Made by a program: the position numbers and the translations under genes. A stretch of 64,000 nucleotides of DNA from an uncultured Hyphomicrobiaceae bacterium (GTDB lineage: Bacteria; Pseudomonadota; Alphaproteobacteria; Rhizobiales; Rhodomicrobiaceae): contig CAYFTI010000001.1 in NCBI GenBank assembly GCA_964346065.1, positions 241-64,240 on the forward strand. The letters are read 5' to 3'. Of the stretch, positions 1-11,727 are shown one piece after another. Below the pieces are notes generated by a model. The model was not told where the DNA came from. It saw only the letters and a list, made by a program, of their open reading frames with translations, and ran no database searches. Each line of letters starts with the position of its first letter. Within the stretch, counting starts at the first letter, position 1.

Positions 1-260
1 CGATCATCTTCGATCTCGACCCGGTAGATCAGCCCGAGCTCGTAAATGTCGACCGGTATTTCCGGGTCATAAACCGACTTCAGTGCCGCAATGATATCCG
101 AGCTCATCCGCTCCAGCTCATTCTGCGGAATGGCCGACTGCTGCTCTTGCGCATTCTCCGAAGCCTCGGCCTCTGTCGCCTGCGACTGTTGCTCCAGAGC
201 TTCGCCATCGTTTGGCTGCTTGGCCGGCACCTCGGCTGCTTCCGTTATCCCGTCGTTCAT
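1..260 (-). CDS. SUF-system Fe-S assembly protein, DUF59/SufT-like (C-terminus cut by window edge)
   Basis: Reverse ATG at 258-260. My translation is MNDGITEAAEVPAKQPND...SDIIAALKSVYDPEIPVDIYELGLIYRVEIEDD, which carries the DUF59-type DPE-x5-ELGL core. It lies 13 nt downstream of sufS in the same operon. Confidence 0.8.
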   Translation of the reverse strand, partial: MNDGITEAAEVPAKQPNDGEALEQQSQATEAEASENAQEQQSAIPQNELERMSSDIIAALKSVYDPEIPVDIYELGLIYRVEIEDD

Positions 261-273
261 TTCCTTGGCTCCC

Positions 274-1545
274 TTACGCGAAAAATCTTTGTGCGCGCGT
301 GATTGCGTCGGCCAGCGCATCCACCTCGTCCTTGGTATTGTAAACCGCGAACGAAGCCCGGCATGTCGCATTCACGCCGAAGCGCGCCATCAGCGGCTCG
401 GCACAGTGATGCCCCGCACGCACCGCCACGCCCGAGCGATCCATGATCGTCGCCATGTCATGGGCGTGCGCGTCCTTCATCTCGAATGACAGGATCGCGC
501 CCTTGCCCGGCGCATCCCCGATCAACCGCAGAGAATTGATTGCCTTGAGCCGTTCATGCGCATAGGCCCGCAAGCGTTCCTCGTGTGCGGCGATGCGCTC
601 ACGCCCGAGACCCATCATGTAATCCAGCGCCGCGCCGAGCCCGATAACCTGTGCGATTGGCGGCGTCCCGGCCTCGAACTTGTACGGCGGCTCACCATAG
701 GTAATCTCGTCCGTACCGACCGACTCGATCATCTCGCCGCCACCCAGGAATGGCGGCATCGCCTCAAGGTGCTCACGCTTGGCATAAAGCACGCCGACGC
801 CCGAGGGCCCGTAGACTTTGTGCCCGCCGAACACGTAGAAATCGCAACCTATGTCCTGCACGTCGACCGGCAGGTGAACCGCGCCCTGGCAGCCGTCGAC
901 CAGCACCGGAATGCCGCGCTCATGAGCGATGCGCGTAACTTCCTTTATCGGCACCACGGTCCCGAGCACGTTCGACATATGCGTGATCGCGACCATCTTG
1001 GTGCGCGGGCTGAGCGCCTTCTCGAAGTCTTCGAGGCTGAACGAGCCGTCGTCACCGACCGGCACCCAGACGAGCCGGGCGCCGGCCCGCTCGCGGTGAT
1101 AGTGCCAGGGCACAATGTTCGAGTGGTGCTCCATGATCGTGAGCGCGATCTCGTCGCCTTCGCCGATGCGCATCCCGCCGAAGGATTGGGCGACGAGGTT
1201 GATCGCCGCTGTCGCATTGCTGGTGAAAACGATCTGGTCGCTCGACGGCGCATTCAGGAACTTCGCGGTGATCGCCCGCGCGCTCTCGTAAGCGTCGGTG
1301 GCCGCGTTACTCAGGTAATGCAAGCCGCGATGGACATTGGCATATTCATGCTCGTAGACACCGGTGATGGCGTCGAGCACCGCTTTCGGTTTCTGCGCGG
1401 AAGCCGCGTTGTCAAGATACACCAGCGGCTTGCCGTAAACCTCGCGGGAGAGAATCGGGAAGTCGTCGCGGATCTTCACCGGATCCAGCGGGCCGGCCGT
1501 CACCGGCTTTGACTCATCTGTCGGCAGTATATTCGCCTCGTCCAT
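274..1545 (-). CDS. sufS: cysteine desulfurase SufS
   Basis: Track ORF 274..1605. Class-V aminotransferase motifs HHSNIVPW, GGHKVYGPSGVGVLY and RAGHHCAEPL are present. I prefer the ATG at 1545 (MDEANI...) because the longer ORF would overlap the sufD stop at 1560. Confidence 0.9.
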   Translation of the reverse strand: MDEANILPTDESKPVTAGPLDPVKIRDDFPILSREVYGKPLVYLDNAASAQKPKAVLDAITGVYEHEYANVHRGLHYLSNAATDAYESARAITAKFLNAPSSDQIVFTSNATAAINLVAQSFGGMRIGEGDEIALTIMEHHSNIVPWHYHRERAGARLVWVPVGDDGSFSLEDFEKALSPRTKMVAITHMSNVLGTVVPIKEVTRIAHERGIPVLVDGCQGAVHLPVDVQDIGCDFYVFGGHKVYGPSGVGVLYAKREHLEAMPPFLGGGEMIESVGTDEITYGEPPYKFEAGTPPIAQVIGLGAALDYMMGLGRERIAAHEERLRAYAHERLKAINSLRLIGDAPGKGAILSFEMKDAHAHDMATIMDRSGVAVRAGHHCAEPLMARFGVNATCRASFAVYNTKDEVDALADAITRAQRFFA

Positions 1546-1559
1546 CAAATCGGCTTTCC

Positions 1560-2936
1560 TTACCCGTTGACGTCTGCGCTGGCTTCGATCGCGTAGCGAA
1601 GCCAATCGCCCGTACGCGCCGTGAGCGCCTCGCGCAAGGTGTCATCCTCGATGCCGTCGAACACCTCGTCCACGAAAGCGGCAATCAGCAGCGCCCGTGC
1701 TTCCGGCTCCGCGATCCCGCGCGAGCGAAGATAGAACATGGCCTCTTCATCCAGCTGGCCCGATGTCGAGCCATGGCCGCAGACAACGTCGTCAGCGTAG
1801 ATTTCAAGCTCCGGCTTGGAGTCGAATTCCGCCTGATCCGACAGCAGCAACGCGTTCGCCATCTGCTTGCCATCGGTCTTCTGCGCGCCGGGGTGAACAT
1901 GAACCTTCGCCTGAAACACCGAACGCGACTTGTCATCCAGAACGGATTTTACCAGTTCGCGGCTCATGCAGTTCGGCACAGCGTGTTCGATCAGCATGGT
2001 CGTGTCGAAATGCTGGGTGTCACGCCCAAGACATACGCCGTTGACCTCCGCTGAAGCGCCCTCGCCAGCGTACCGCAAAAACACCTGATTGCGCGTCAGG
2101 TCTCCGCCGACATTGAGGTGCGTTGCACGGTAACTCGCCTCGGCTTCCAGCCGCAGGTTCCAGCTCGCCAGATGCGTGGCGGCCTGGTTCTCGTCTTGTA
2201 TCTTGATGTGCTCGACCTGCGATCCCTCGTCGGCAAAAAGCTCGGTCATCGTGAAGGTGTGGAACGCGGCATCGCCCATACTCACGTGATGCTCGATGAT
2301 CGTGGCTTGCGCGCCCTTCTCCACCCGGATGAGATTTCGCGCCGCGACACCGGCCGGCTCCTCGCTGGTATTGATATTGACCAGGTGGATCGGCTTGGGG
2401 GCTGCACCGTTGGCCGGGACCGCCACCCGGATGACCGCCCCATCCGTCATGAACGCCGTGGCCAGGTTCGCGACCGTTTCCGGGTCCTTCGGGTTCACCT
2501 GGCCAAACATCTCCTCGAACCAGGCGGGCCGGCTGTCCAGCGCCTCGGCAAGGCTCATCACCTGCACGTTCGGCGCATCGATCGCCGGAGTCGGCTGGTG
2601 GTATCCGTTGACGAACACCACGACATGCGCATCAAGTGCTGCGAAATGCCCGCGCACCTGCTCGACATCCGCCGCACTGATCCCGTCGACCCTCGGAGCA
2701 GGCGCGAATGCCTCGCGCATCCGGGCGCGCAGGTCGGTATATTTCCATTCCTCGACCCGCCGGTGCGGCAGCCCGTTGCGCGCGAAGGCGGCGATGGCGT
2801 GTTCGCGAAGCTGGCGTAGCCGCGTATCCTCCTCCGAGGCGACGCGGTGTTCAAACGTGCGCAGCAGCCCCGCCTCGGCCGGCGAGTGGTCTTCCGTGAC
2901 GCGCAATGGCGTTTCGATGTTCATCGCTGGCTCCAT
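1560..2936 (-). CDS. sufD: Fe-S cluster assembly protein SufD
   Basis: 458-aa ORF between sufC and sufS. The SufD-type C-terminus is present (GQLDEEAMFYLRSRGIAEPEARALLIAAF). Its ATG abuts the sufC stop. Confidence 0.85.
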   Translation of the reverse strand: MEPAMNIETPLRVTEDHSPAEAGLLRTFEHRVASEEDTRLRQLREHAIAAFARNGLPHRRVEEWKYTDLRARMREAFAPAPRVDGISAADVEQVRGHFAALDAHVVVFVNGYHQPTPAIDAPNVQVMSLAEALDSRPAWFEEMFGQVNPKDPETVANLATAFMTDGAVIRVAVPANGAAPKPIHLVNINTSEEPAGVAARNLIRVEKGAQATIIEHHVSMGDAAFHTFTMTELFADEGSQVEHIKIQDENQAATHLASWNLRLEAEASYRATHLNVGGDLTRNQVFLRYAGEGASAEVNGVCLGRDTQHFDTTMLIEHAVPNCMSRELVKSVLDDKSRSVFQAKVHVHPGAQKTDGKQMANALLLSDQAEFDSKPELEIYADDVVCGHGSTSGQLDEEAMFYLRSRGIAEPEARALLIAAFVDEVFDGIEDDTLREALTARTGDWLRYAIEASADVNG

Positions 2937-3692
2937 TTACGCGGCTTGATTGTCATAGGCGGCATAACCGGACTTCTCCAGTTCTCGCGCCAAATCCTTG
3001 TCGCCCGAGCGCGCGATCCTGCCATTGATGAGCACATGGACGTGATCGGGCACGATGTAGTCGAGCAACCGCTGATAATGGGTGATCAGCAGGATTGCCC
3101 GGTTCGGGTCGCGGAGCTTGTTGACGCCATCCGACACAATGCGCACCGCGTCGATATCGAGACCGGAGTCCGTCTCGTCCAGCACGCACATGCCCGGCTC
3201 CAGAAGCGCCATTTGCAGGATTTCGAAGCGCTTTTTCTCACCGCCTGAAAAACCGGTGTTCACCGGACGCTTCAGCATGTCCATGGAGATGCCGAGATCG
3301 CCGGCCTTCTCGCGCACCAGCTTCATGAAATCCGGCGTGGTCAGTTCGCTCTCGCCCCGCCCCTTGCGATGCGCGTTCAGCGATGTCCGCAGGAACGTCA
3401 TCGAGGCCACGCCGGCGATCTCCAGCGGGTACTGGAACGCCAGGAAGACGCCCGCCCGAGCGCGCTCGTCCGGCGCCATCTCGAGCAGATCCTCGCCATT
3501 CCACTTGATCGCGCCCTCGGTGACCTCGTAGTCGTCCTTGCCCGCCAGCACATAAGCCAGCGTCGACTTGCCGGAGCCGTTCGGCCCCATGATTGCGTGG
3601 ACCTCTCCCTTGGGCACTTGCAGGTTGAGGCCCCGGATGATTTCCGTGTCGTCCTCCGCGATCTTCACGTGGAGGTTCTCGATCTCAAGCAT
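2937..3692 (-). CDS. sufC: Fe-S cluster assembly ATPase SufC
   Basis: 251 aa. Walker A GPNGSGKST, ABC signature FSGGEKKR, Walker B CVLDETDSGLD. Confidence 0.95.
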   Translation of the reverse strand: MLEIENLHVKIAEDDTEIIRGLNLQVPKGEVHAIMGPNGSGKSTLAYVLAGKDDYEVTEGAIKWNGEDLLEMAPDERARAGVFLAFQYPLEIAGVASMTFLRTSLNAHRKGRGESELTTPDFMKLVREKAGDLGISMDMLKRPVNTGFSGGEKKRFEILQMALLEPGMCVLDETDSGLDIDAVRIVSDGVNKLRDPNRAILLITHYQRLLDYIVPDHVHVLINGRIARSGDKDLARELEKSGYAAYDNQAA

Positions 3693-3755
3693 GTGTCGTT
3701 TATCCTTATTGTCCGGTGTTCACTATCCCTCTGGCGCGGCGGGCGCGGCCGGCTG

Positions 3756-5267
<1,512 letters not shown>

Positions 5268-5335
5268 GTCTCTTACTCCTGTTCGTTGCTTGTATCTGTC
5301 TGAAACCCGCGGTATCTCTTCTTGTCTTGGACGGC

Positions 5336-6529
5336 TCAAGCAGCCGCCGGGCGGTGTTTTCGCCGTTCATAGATCGCCTGCCAGGCGCTCAGGAAGCGAT
5401 CCACCTCAGCCTCCCGAGAATTCCATCCCAAACTGATACGAATGGCACCGGCTGCGGTTTCATTATCCAGCCCCATCGCATCCAGCACATGGCTGCGTTC
5501 GACCTTGCCGGACGAACAAGCCGAACCGGCGCTCACTGCTATGCCTTCGAGATCCATGGCGATCACCAGCGTTTCGCCATGCAGACCGGGCACGGCGACG
5601 CAAGTGGTGTTCGGAAGCCGAGACGTATCCTCAGCCGCGACCCACGCGTCCGGCGCTATGCGCTTCAACTCGGTCTCCAGGCGGTCACGCAGCGGCTGCA
5701 CGGCGTCGATCCCGGTCCCGGCGGCCAATTCGTGCCGAACCGCCTCCGCAGCGGCGCCAAAACCGGCGATGGCGGCTATGTTCTCCGTTCCCGCGCGCCG
5801 GCCGCGTTCTTGTCCGCCGCCATGCATTACGGGCGCCGGGTCGTGCAGTTCATCGCGCGCGACGATAAGGGCACCAGCCCCCTTCGGACCGCCGAACTTG
5901 TGGGCCGACACGCTGACCAGGTCCGCGCCAAGCCCGCGCACATCCACCGGAAGGCGGCCAAGCGATTGCACGGCATCGCAATGAAGCACGCCTCCGGCCT
6001 CGCGCACGATCTCGCCGAGTTCGGCGGTCGGCTGGATTGCGCCCGTCTCGTTATTCGCGCTCATCACCGAAACCAGAAACGGCGCGCCGTCCACGTCAGC
6101 GGCATGCTGGCGGATCAGACGGCCCGCGGCGTCCAGGTCAACCACGCCATGTTCCGTAACCGGCAGTCGCGTCATTCTCTCGGGCTTGAAACCGCCCCCC
6201 TGATAAGCCGAGGGGTGCTCGATGGCCGAGGTGAAAAGCCGCGCCTTGTCCGGGTCGTAGCCATCCAGCTTGCTCAGCCATCCCGGTGACAGCGCAGCAA
6301 CGTTGGATTCGGTGCCGCCACTGGTGAAAATCACCTGCGAGATCTGCGCGCCGCACAACCGGGCAACTTGCTCGCGCGCATCCTCGATGACCGCCCGCGC
6401 CGAACGGCCCTCCGCATGCACCGATGAGGCATTCCCGATCAGATCAAACGCGTTGATCATCGCTTCACGCGCTTCCGGGCGCAGCGGCGACGACGCGTTG
6501 TGATCGAAGTAACAGCGAACGCGGATCAT
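5336..6529 (-). CDS. NifS/IscS-like cysteine desulfurase
   Basis: PLP-lysine motif [10 protein letters not shown] and active-site loop SAGSACSSG. The ATG at 6529 overlaps the Rrf2 stop as ATGA. Confidence 0.85.
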   Translation of the reverse strand: MIRVRCYFDHNASSPLRPEAREAMINAFDLIGNASSVHAEGRSARAVIEDAREQVARLCGAQISQVIFTSGGTESNVAALSPGWLSKLDGYDPDKARLFTSAIEHPSAYQGGGFKPERMTRLPVTEHGVVDLDAAGRLIRQHAADVDGAPFLVSVMSANNETGAIQPTAELGEIVREAGGVLHCDAVQSLGRLPVDVRGLGADLVSVSAHKFGGPKGAGALIVARDELHDPAPVMHGGGQERGRRAGTENIAAIAGFGAAAEAVRHELAAGTGIDAVQPLRDRLETELKRIAPDAWVAAEDTSRLPNTTCVAVPGLHGETLVIAMDLEGIAVSAGSACSSGKVERSHVLDAMGLDNETAAGAIRISLGWNSREAEVDRFLSAWQAIYERRKHRPAAA

Positions 6530-7008
6530 TCGGCGGTAGCTCCTTCGAACTTCGTGCACGCGTCGAGCGCGGGCGCAAACACGTCATCCTTGAGCACAAG
6601 ATCCCCGTCGAGAACATCGCGCAGCGTCACCGTCTGCAGGAACAGCAGGATATGATCGCTCAACGCGCGCCAGAGATCATGCGTGAGGCAGCGCCCCTTG
6701 TTGCCGATACAGGCGATTTCGCTGCCCGTGATGCAGCGCGTCATCTTGATCGGCTCGTCCACCGCCGTCATGATTTCGGACACGAAAATCTTCTCCGGGT
6801 CCCGCGAGAGCCGATAACCTCCGCCCGGGCCACGCGCGGATGTCACCAGGCCGGTGCGGCGGAGCTTGGTGAACAACTGTTCCAGGTACGCCAGGGAAAT
6901 CTGCTGTTTTTCGGCAATCGAGGCCAGCCTGACCGGGCTGTCTGACGAGCGCGACGCCAGATCAACCATTGCCATGACCGCGTACCGGCCTTTCGTACTC
7001 AGTTGCAT
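6526..7008 (-). CDS. Rrf2-family (IscR-like) transcriptional regulator
   Basis: 160 aa. N-terminal winged helix MQLSTKGRYAVMAMVDLA. A three-Cys cluster C-x7-C-x6-C (RCITGSEIACIGNKGRC) is present. It is the first gene of the suf operon. Confidence 0.85.
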   Translation of the reverse strand: MQLSTKGRYAVMAMVDLASRSSDSPVRLASIAEKQQISLAYLEQLFTKLRRTGLVTSARGPGGGYRLSRDPEKIFVSEIMTAVDEPIKMTRCITGSEIACIGNKGRCLTHDLWRALSDHILLFLQTVTLRDVLDGDLVLKDDVFAPALDACTKFEGATAE

Positions 7009-7153
7009 GGCTCGAAACTCCCGTTCCAGTGCCGAGCTTGGCGGTATCGAGCGTGAAAACTGCCAGAGCGCTGCGACATAAATCTTCGAATTTCTCGTTT
7101 CGGCGTGTTAAACACACCAATCGCATCATCCACGATAGCCGGAAACCGGTATC

Positions 7154-7170
7154 TTTTGAAACATTCTAAT
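7154..7170. promoter_or_regulatory. Irr-box (iron control element)-like inverted repeat TTTTGAA-ACA-TTCTAAT
   Basis: Read directly. It matches 12 of 14 specified positions of the ICE consensus TTTAGAA-N3-TTCTAAA. It lies about 145 nt upstream of the Rrf2-suf operon start, in an AT-rich gap. Confidence 0.45.
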
Positions 7171-7187
7171 TAGACACATAAATTATC

Positions 7188-7202
7188 TGAGTGCAGCAGT
7201 CA
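7188..7202. promoter_or_regulatory. TGA-N9-TCA (RirA IRO-box-like) motif
   Basis: TGAGTGCAGCAGTCA read directly in the same promoter gap. The motif has low information content, so a chance match is plausible. Confidence 0.25.
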
Positions 7203-7338
7203 AGTATCACGGCGACGCCGATGGCTCATATACGGCGCAAGCGCGCCCGTCCCCCTTTTCCAGGGCGGCTCTTGCGCCCAAGGCCGCGCCAAACATGGTA
7301 CGCCCGCCACAGAAATCATCTCGACATAACGGTCTGAC

Positions 7339-7995
7339 ATGCCTGAAGTCATCATCAACGGTCCAGCCGGCCGGCTCGAAGGCCGGTATCATCACGAAAC
7401 AGCCTCAGAGTCGCCCGTCGCGCTGATCCTGCATCCGCATCCGCAGTTCGGCGGCACGATGAACAATCCCATCGTCTATCATCTGTATTATGCCTTCGCC
7501 CGGCGCGGGTTCTCAGTGCTGCGGATGAATTTCCGCGGCGTGGGCCGCAGCCAGGGCCTTTTCGACAATGGCCCGGGCGAACTCTCCGACGCGGCCACGG
7601 CGCTGGACTGGCTGCAAGTCTACAACCCGGATGCACGCTCGTGCTGGATTGCTGGGGTGTCTTTCGGGGCGTGGATTTCCATGCAGCTTCTCATGCGCCG
7701 ACCGGAAATCGCGGGCTTCATCTCCGTCGCCCCGCCCGCCAACCTCTATGACTTCAGCTTCCTCGCGCCCTGCCCGTCGTCCGGGCTGATCGTCAACGGC
7801 GACGCTGACAGGGTGGCCCCCCCGGAGGCCGTGCGCAGCCTCGTCAACAAGCTGAAAAACCAGAAAGGCATCTCGATCACGCATGACGTGGTGCACGGTG
7901 CCAATCACTTCTTCGAGGGCAAGCTCGACGACCTGTTGGACGACGTCATCGGCCCCTATCTCGACGAGGCCATGGGCCCGTCGGCTGCAGTCTGA
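7339..7995 (+). CDS. alpha/beta-fold hydrolase
   Basis: 218 aa. Nucleophile elbow GVSFGAW and a single-domain hydrolase length. The ATG at 7339 was confirmed in the sequence. Confidence 0.7.
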   Translation: MPEVIINGPAGRLEGRYHHETASESPVALILHPHPQFGGTMNNPIVYHLYYAFARRGFSVLRMNFRGVGRSQGLFDNGPGELSDAATALDWLQVYNPDARSCWIAGVSFGAWISMQLLMRRPEIAGFISVAPPANLYDFSFLAPCPSSGLIVNGDADRVAPPEAVRSLVNKLKNQKGISITHDVVHGANHFFEGKLDDLLDDVIGPYLDEAMGPSAAV

Positions 7996-8010
7996 GGCCG
8001 CGGGGCAGCC

Positions 8011-8916
8011 ATGTCCGGCGACCCAGAACCACCCCGCGCTATCCGTTTCGCCCCCAGCCCGAACGGGCGGCTGCATCTGGGCCACGCCTATGCCGCGCTT
8101 ATGGCTTTCGAGACCGCGCAGGCCATGGGCGCACGGTTTCTCCTGCGCATCGATGATATTGATACGGCCCGCTGCCGGCGGGACTACGAGGAAGCGATCT
8201 ATGACGATCTCGGCTGGCTCGGCCTGCGATGGGAAGAGCCGGTGCGACGGCAATCGGACCATTTTGATACTTATCGCGAGATCGCTCAGCGGCTCGCCGA
8301 TCGCGCTCTGCTCTACCCCTGCTTCGCCACCCGCAAGGAGATCGGCGACGCGGTGGCCAAGGCGGGCCTGACCGCCCGTGACCCGGACGGGGCACCGCTT
8401 TACCCCGGCATATACCGCGATGCTCCTTCCGAAGCGGTCGCTGCACGGGTTGCTGAAGGCCGACCACATGCAATGCGGCTGGACATGACGCGTGCGCTTG
8501 CGGCGGTCGACGGCGAACCTCTGAATTACCGCGTTTTCGTCCCCTCCGGAGAGCAGCGCACATGCGTCGCGGAGCCGGCGCGTTGGGGAGATGCCGTCAT
8601 CGTGCGCAAGGACACCCCGGCAAGCTATCACCTCGCAACGGTCGTCGACGATGCGCTGCAGGGCATAACCCATGTGGTTCGCGGCACTGACCTCGAAGCC
8701 GCAACCGATCTGCATGTGCTCTTGCAGAAGCTGCTTGGCTTGCCGACGCCGGCATATCATCATCACCGTCTGATCCTGGACGAGACGGGCCGCAAGCTCT
8801 CCAAAAGCGCGGGCGATCTGAGCCTGGCCAGCTTGCGCGCCGGGGGTGCGACACCCGCGGACATCAGGCGAATGGTGGATCTGGCTAGCGGAACGACTGC
8901 GCCTTCAGGACGCTGA
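8011..8916 (+). CDS. gluQ: tRNA glutamyl-Q(34) synthetase GluQRS
   Basis: 301 aa. Class-I HIGH-type motif (RFAPSPNGRLHLGHAYAAL) and RIDDID. It is a truncated GluRS-like protein with no anticodon-binding domain. Confidence 0.85.
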   Translation: MSGDPEPPRAIRFAPSPNGRLHLGHAYAALMAFETAQAMGARFLLRIDDIDTARCRRDYEEAIYDDLGWLGLRWEEPVRRQSDHFDTYREIAQRLADRALLYPCFATRKEIGDAVAKAGLTARDPDGAPLYPGIYRDAPSEAVAARVAEGRPHAMRLDMTRALAAVDGEPLNYRVFVPSGEQRTCVAEPARWGDAVIVRKDTPASYHLATVVDDALQGITHVVRGTDLEAATDLHVLLQKLLGLPTPAYHHHRLILDETGRKLSKSAGDLSLASLRAGGATPADIRRMVDLASGTTAPSGR

Positions 8917-9655
8917 TCAGATTGTCGAGAGTCTCACGCGTCGATGAATCCGCCCGGCCATCAACGCGCGCCGGCCGAAAGCGCCGCTGGAACGCGGCGA
9001 CTACAGCCTGCGTCGCGCTATCGTAGCGGCGCCCGCTGGTGAGGCCGTAACCGACACCCGCCAGCTTGGCCTTCAGATCGAAAACCTCGTCATCTTCAGC
9101 GCCGACCGCAATGCCAACGTCGTCGAGAACGGGAGCCGGCGGCACCCAGATACAAACACCTTGGCGCGACAGCCACTCCCAGTCGAAATGTTCGCCCGGA
9201 TCGATCTTGCGCGCGGGTGACACATCGGAATGCCCGAGAACTCGCGCCGGCACAATGGACCAGCGCGCGGCGATGTCCCGGCACAGTGCGGCGAGTGCTT
9301 CCATCTGCAGGCGCGGATAAGGTGGCAGACCTTCCGGCGCCTCGTGCCCGGCGTTGTGGATCTCGATGCCGATGGAGACGCTGTTGATATCGCGCTCGCC
9401 GGCCCAGAACGAATCGCCAGCGTGCCAGGCGCGCTTGGCCTCCGGGACCATCTGGATGATCGCGCCATCCGCGTCGACAAGATAGTGCGCCGAGACGCGC
9501 GATCTTGGATTGGCCAGCCATTGAACCGCAGCCTCCGCTTCATTCATGCCGGTATAGTGTAACAGGACCATATCGGGGGACGTGCCAGTCCGCCGCGCCT
9601 CGTAGTTGGGCGACGGCGCGACCCTGTCGGCCAGCGGGGACTCCGGTCTCAGCAA
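8885..9655 (-). CDS. N-acetylmuramoyl-L-alanine amidase (amidase_2/AmpD-like) with C-terminal peptidoglycan-binding-like region
   Basis: 256 aa. Motifs HYTGM, AWHAGDSFW and GIEIHNAG. It is convergent with gluQ, and the 3' ends overlap by 32 nt. Confidence 0.8.
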   Translation of the reverse strand: MLRPESPLADRVAPSPNYEARRTGTSPDMVLLHYTGMNEAEAAVQWLANPRSRVSAHYLVDADGAIIQMVPEAKRAWHAGDSFWAGERDINSVSIGIEIHNAGHEAPEGLPPYPRLQMEALAALCRDIAARWSIVPARVLGHSDVSPARKIDPGEHFDWEWLSRQGVCIWVPPAPVLDDVGIAVGAEDDEVFDLKAKLAGVGYGLTSGRRYDSATQAVVAAFQRRFRPARVDGRADSSTRETLDNLISVLKAQSFR

Positions 9656-9697
9656 AGCACTCCAGCCAATGCAACACGCGCGCCGACGTGCGGCGCC

Positions 9698-10420
9698 TTA
9701 AAGGCCACGCTCCTTGGCGATCTCATCATACGCCTGATTGATAGCGGCGATCTTCTTGTTCGCGATCTCGATGAACTCTTCGGGCACGCCGCGCGCCATC
9801 AGCCGATCCGGGTGATTCTCGCGCACCAGTTCACGGTACCGCTTCTTCAACTCCTCGTCGCTGATTGACGGATCGACCTCAAGCACGTCATAGGGGCTGC
9901 GTTCCTCGGCCTCGACATGGCGGGCCCGGATATACGCAAACTCCGTGTCCGAAAATCCAAAGTGGCGCGCGACCGAGGCGAGGTAGTCCTCTTCGCTGGG
10001 ATGGAGCACATCATCCGCCTTCGCGATATGGAACAAGCCATCAAGCACGGCCTTCAGCGTCTCCCGGTCATCCTGGAACAACCGCGCAAGCTGTTTGGCG
10101 TAAGAGTCATATCCGGCCACATCCTTCTTCGCGAGGTTGAACAGCCGCGCGACGTTCTTCACTTCGCTGTCCGGCACCTTGAAGACGTCCTTGAAGGCCG
10201 TGACCTCATCCTTGGTCACGACACCGTCGGCCTTTGCCATCTTCGCGCCCAGCGCGATCACGCCCATCGAGAAGGCCACCTCGCGCTGCTGAAGGTCTGC
10301 GGCCTCATCGTTTTCCCGGTCGATCGCATAATGCCCGGCCAGTCCGCCGAGCAGCGCCCCGAGCGGCCCGCCGAGCGCGAGCCCCGTGGCAGCACCAGCG
10401 ATTTTACCCCAGATCGACAA
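9698..10420 (-). CDS. djlA: DjlA-type co-chaperone (TerB-like domain plus J domain)
   Basis: 240 aa. Gly-rich N-terminal membrane segment and a C-terminal J domain with HPD (YRELVRENHPDRL). TTG start with GGAG 7 nt upstream. Confidence 0.75.
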   Translation of the reverse strand: MSIWGKIAGAATGLALGGPLGALLGGLAGHYAIDRENDEAADLQQREVAFSMGVIALGAKMAKADGVVTKDEVTAFKDVFKVPDSEVKNVARLFNLAKKDVAGYDSYAKQLARLFQDDRETLKAVLDGLFHIAKADDVLHPSEEDYLASVARHFGFSDTEFAYIRARHVEAEERSPYDVLEVDPSISDEELKKRYRELVRENHPDRLMARGVPEEFIEIANKKIAAINQAYDEIAKERGL

Positions 10421-10633
10421 AGAAACGCTCCATGCGCGGCTCCGAACAGCCTCCGGAAGGCGCGATGCCGTCCTGCGCCTCCGGGTTTACGTTAACGTCA
10501 GGCATTGCTAGCTTGCAAGCAGGTGGCCTGTCTTGACATTGAATTCGACTAGACACCAAGCAGCGGCGCAACGCAACGCCGAGTCAATGGCCAGGTCCGC
10601 CAGCCATCATAAAAAGTCAGGGAGGAGACGATA

Positions 10634-11053
10634 ATGCGCATTTTTCTCGCAGCCATGGTATTTGGCCTCGCCATGCCTGCCGGTCCGGCCTTTGCTGCAA
10701 GCGCGGCAGACGCTTTCGGGGTCTGGAAGCATCCGGAAAATGGATCACTGGTGCGCATGTACAAATGCGGCGGGGGCCTTTGCGCGAAGGTAATCAAGGT
10801 TCGCGATCCCTCGCGCAAGGATGTTCACAACCCGAATCCCGAGCTGCGCTCGCGGTCCGTGGAAGGCATCGTGATCATGGAGGGTGCGCGCAAGTCGGGG
10901 AAATACGCCTGGAAAGGCCAACTCTACAACACCCGCGACGGCGAAACCTATTCCGGCGTGATCACGGTGAAAAGCAAGCGCAAGCTCGAACTGGAAGGAT
11001 GCGTGCTCGGCGGGATTTTCTGCAAGGGCGTGACCTGGACGCGCGTTCGCTAA
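10634..11053 (+). CDS. DUF2147 domain protein, secreted
   Basis: 139 aa. Signal peptide MRIFLAAMVFGLAMPAGPAFA. GVWKHP...LCAKV...GQLYNTRDGETYSG...LELEGC pattern. GGAGG upstream. Confidence 0.75.
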   Translation: MRIFLAAMVFGLAMPAGPAFAASAADAFGVWKHPENGSLVRMYKCGGGLCAKVIKVRDPSRKDVHNPNPELRSRSVEGIVIMEGARKSGKYAWKGQLYNTRDGETYSGVITVKSKRKLELEGCVLGGIFCKGVTWTRVR

Positions 11054-11263
11054 CTGGCACTGCGGAGGTGGCGCGCGCGTTGATGCGCAATGCCCGCCGG
11101 AAGGCTCCCGCTTTGGACGCATTTCCTGTGTCCCAGCCCCCGCGTCCAAGGTGGGGCCGGCGGTCGAAAGCGGGGCTCTTCGATATCCCTCCGGCACTTC
11201 ATGAGAATGGGGCAGTATCCCGCTCGATCGGAGTCGATGCCGTCCCAGCGCTCTTCCGAGCCT

Positions 11264-11572
11264 CTAGGCCGCGTCCTCCTGCGGCGCATCACCTTCGCTG
11301 TCTGAAGGCTGCCACGACGGCGTATCCTGCAGCATTCCCAGCGCATGGAGATAGGTGGACAGAACCGCCTCTTCTTCCTGGCGCTCATGCGCTTGCTTCT
11401 TGCGCATCTGCACGATCTTGCGCAGCGCCTTGGTGTCGAAGCCATGGCCCTTCGCCTCGGCGTAGACCTCACGTAAATCGGCGGTGAGCGCGGCCTTCTC
11501 TTCTTCCAGACGTTCGATACGTTCGATGATGGCGCGCAGTTGCTGGCGGGCGCTTTCGTGAAGTTCGCTCAT
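11264..11572 (-). CDS. gapR: DUF2312 / GapR-like nucleoid-associated protein
   Basis: 102 aa. [43 protein letters not shown] is the DUF2312 signature as I remember it. Confidence 0.8.
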   Translation of the reverse strand: MSELHESARQQLRAIIERIERLEEEKAALTADLREVYAEAKGHGFDTKALRKIVQMRKKQAHERQEEEAVLSTYLHALGMLQDTPSWQPSDSEGDAPQEDAA

Positions 11573-11727
11573 TCGGGCGGCCTGTGCGGTTAGGGTTGAG
11601 GGTCGTGGTCCCGGCCGTCGCGGGCCGAGGGCCCGTTCAGCCTGTGACGCTACGGGGCTGCGTCTGACGCCTCAAGCGTGCACGTCTCGTTATCCAGAAC
11701 CTGGCGCAAACGTGTGGACGAGCCGGC

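Noticed and set aside
7513-8766. 417-aa minus-strand ORF antisense to the hydrolase and gluQ
   Set aside because: No recognisable motifs. It overlaps two well-supported plus-strand genes.
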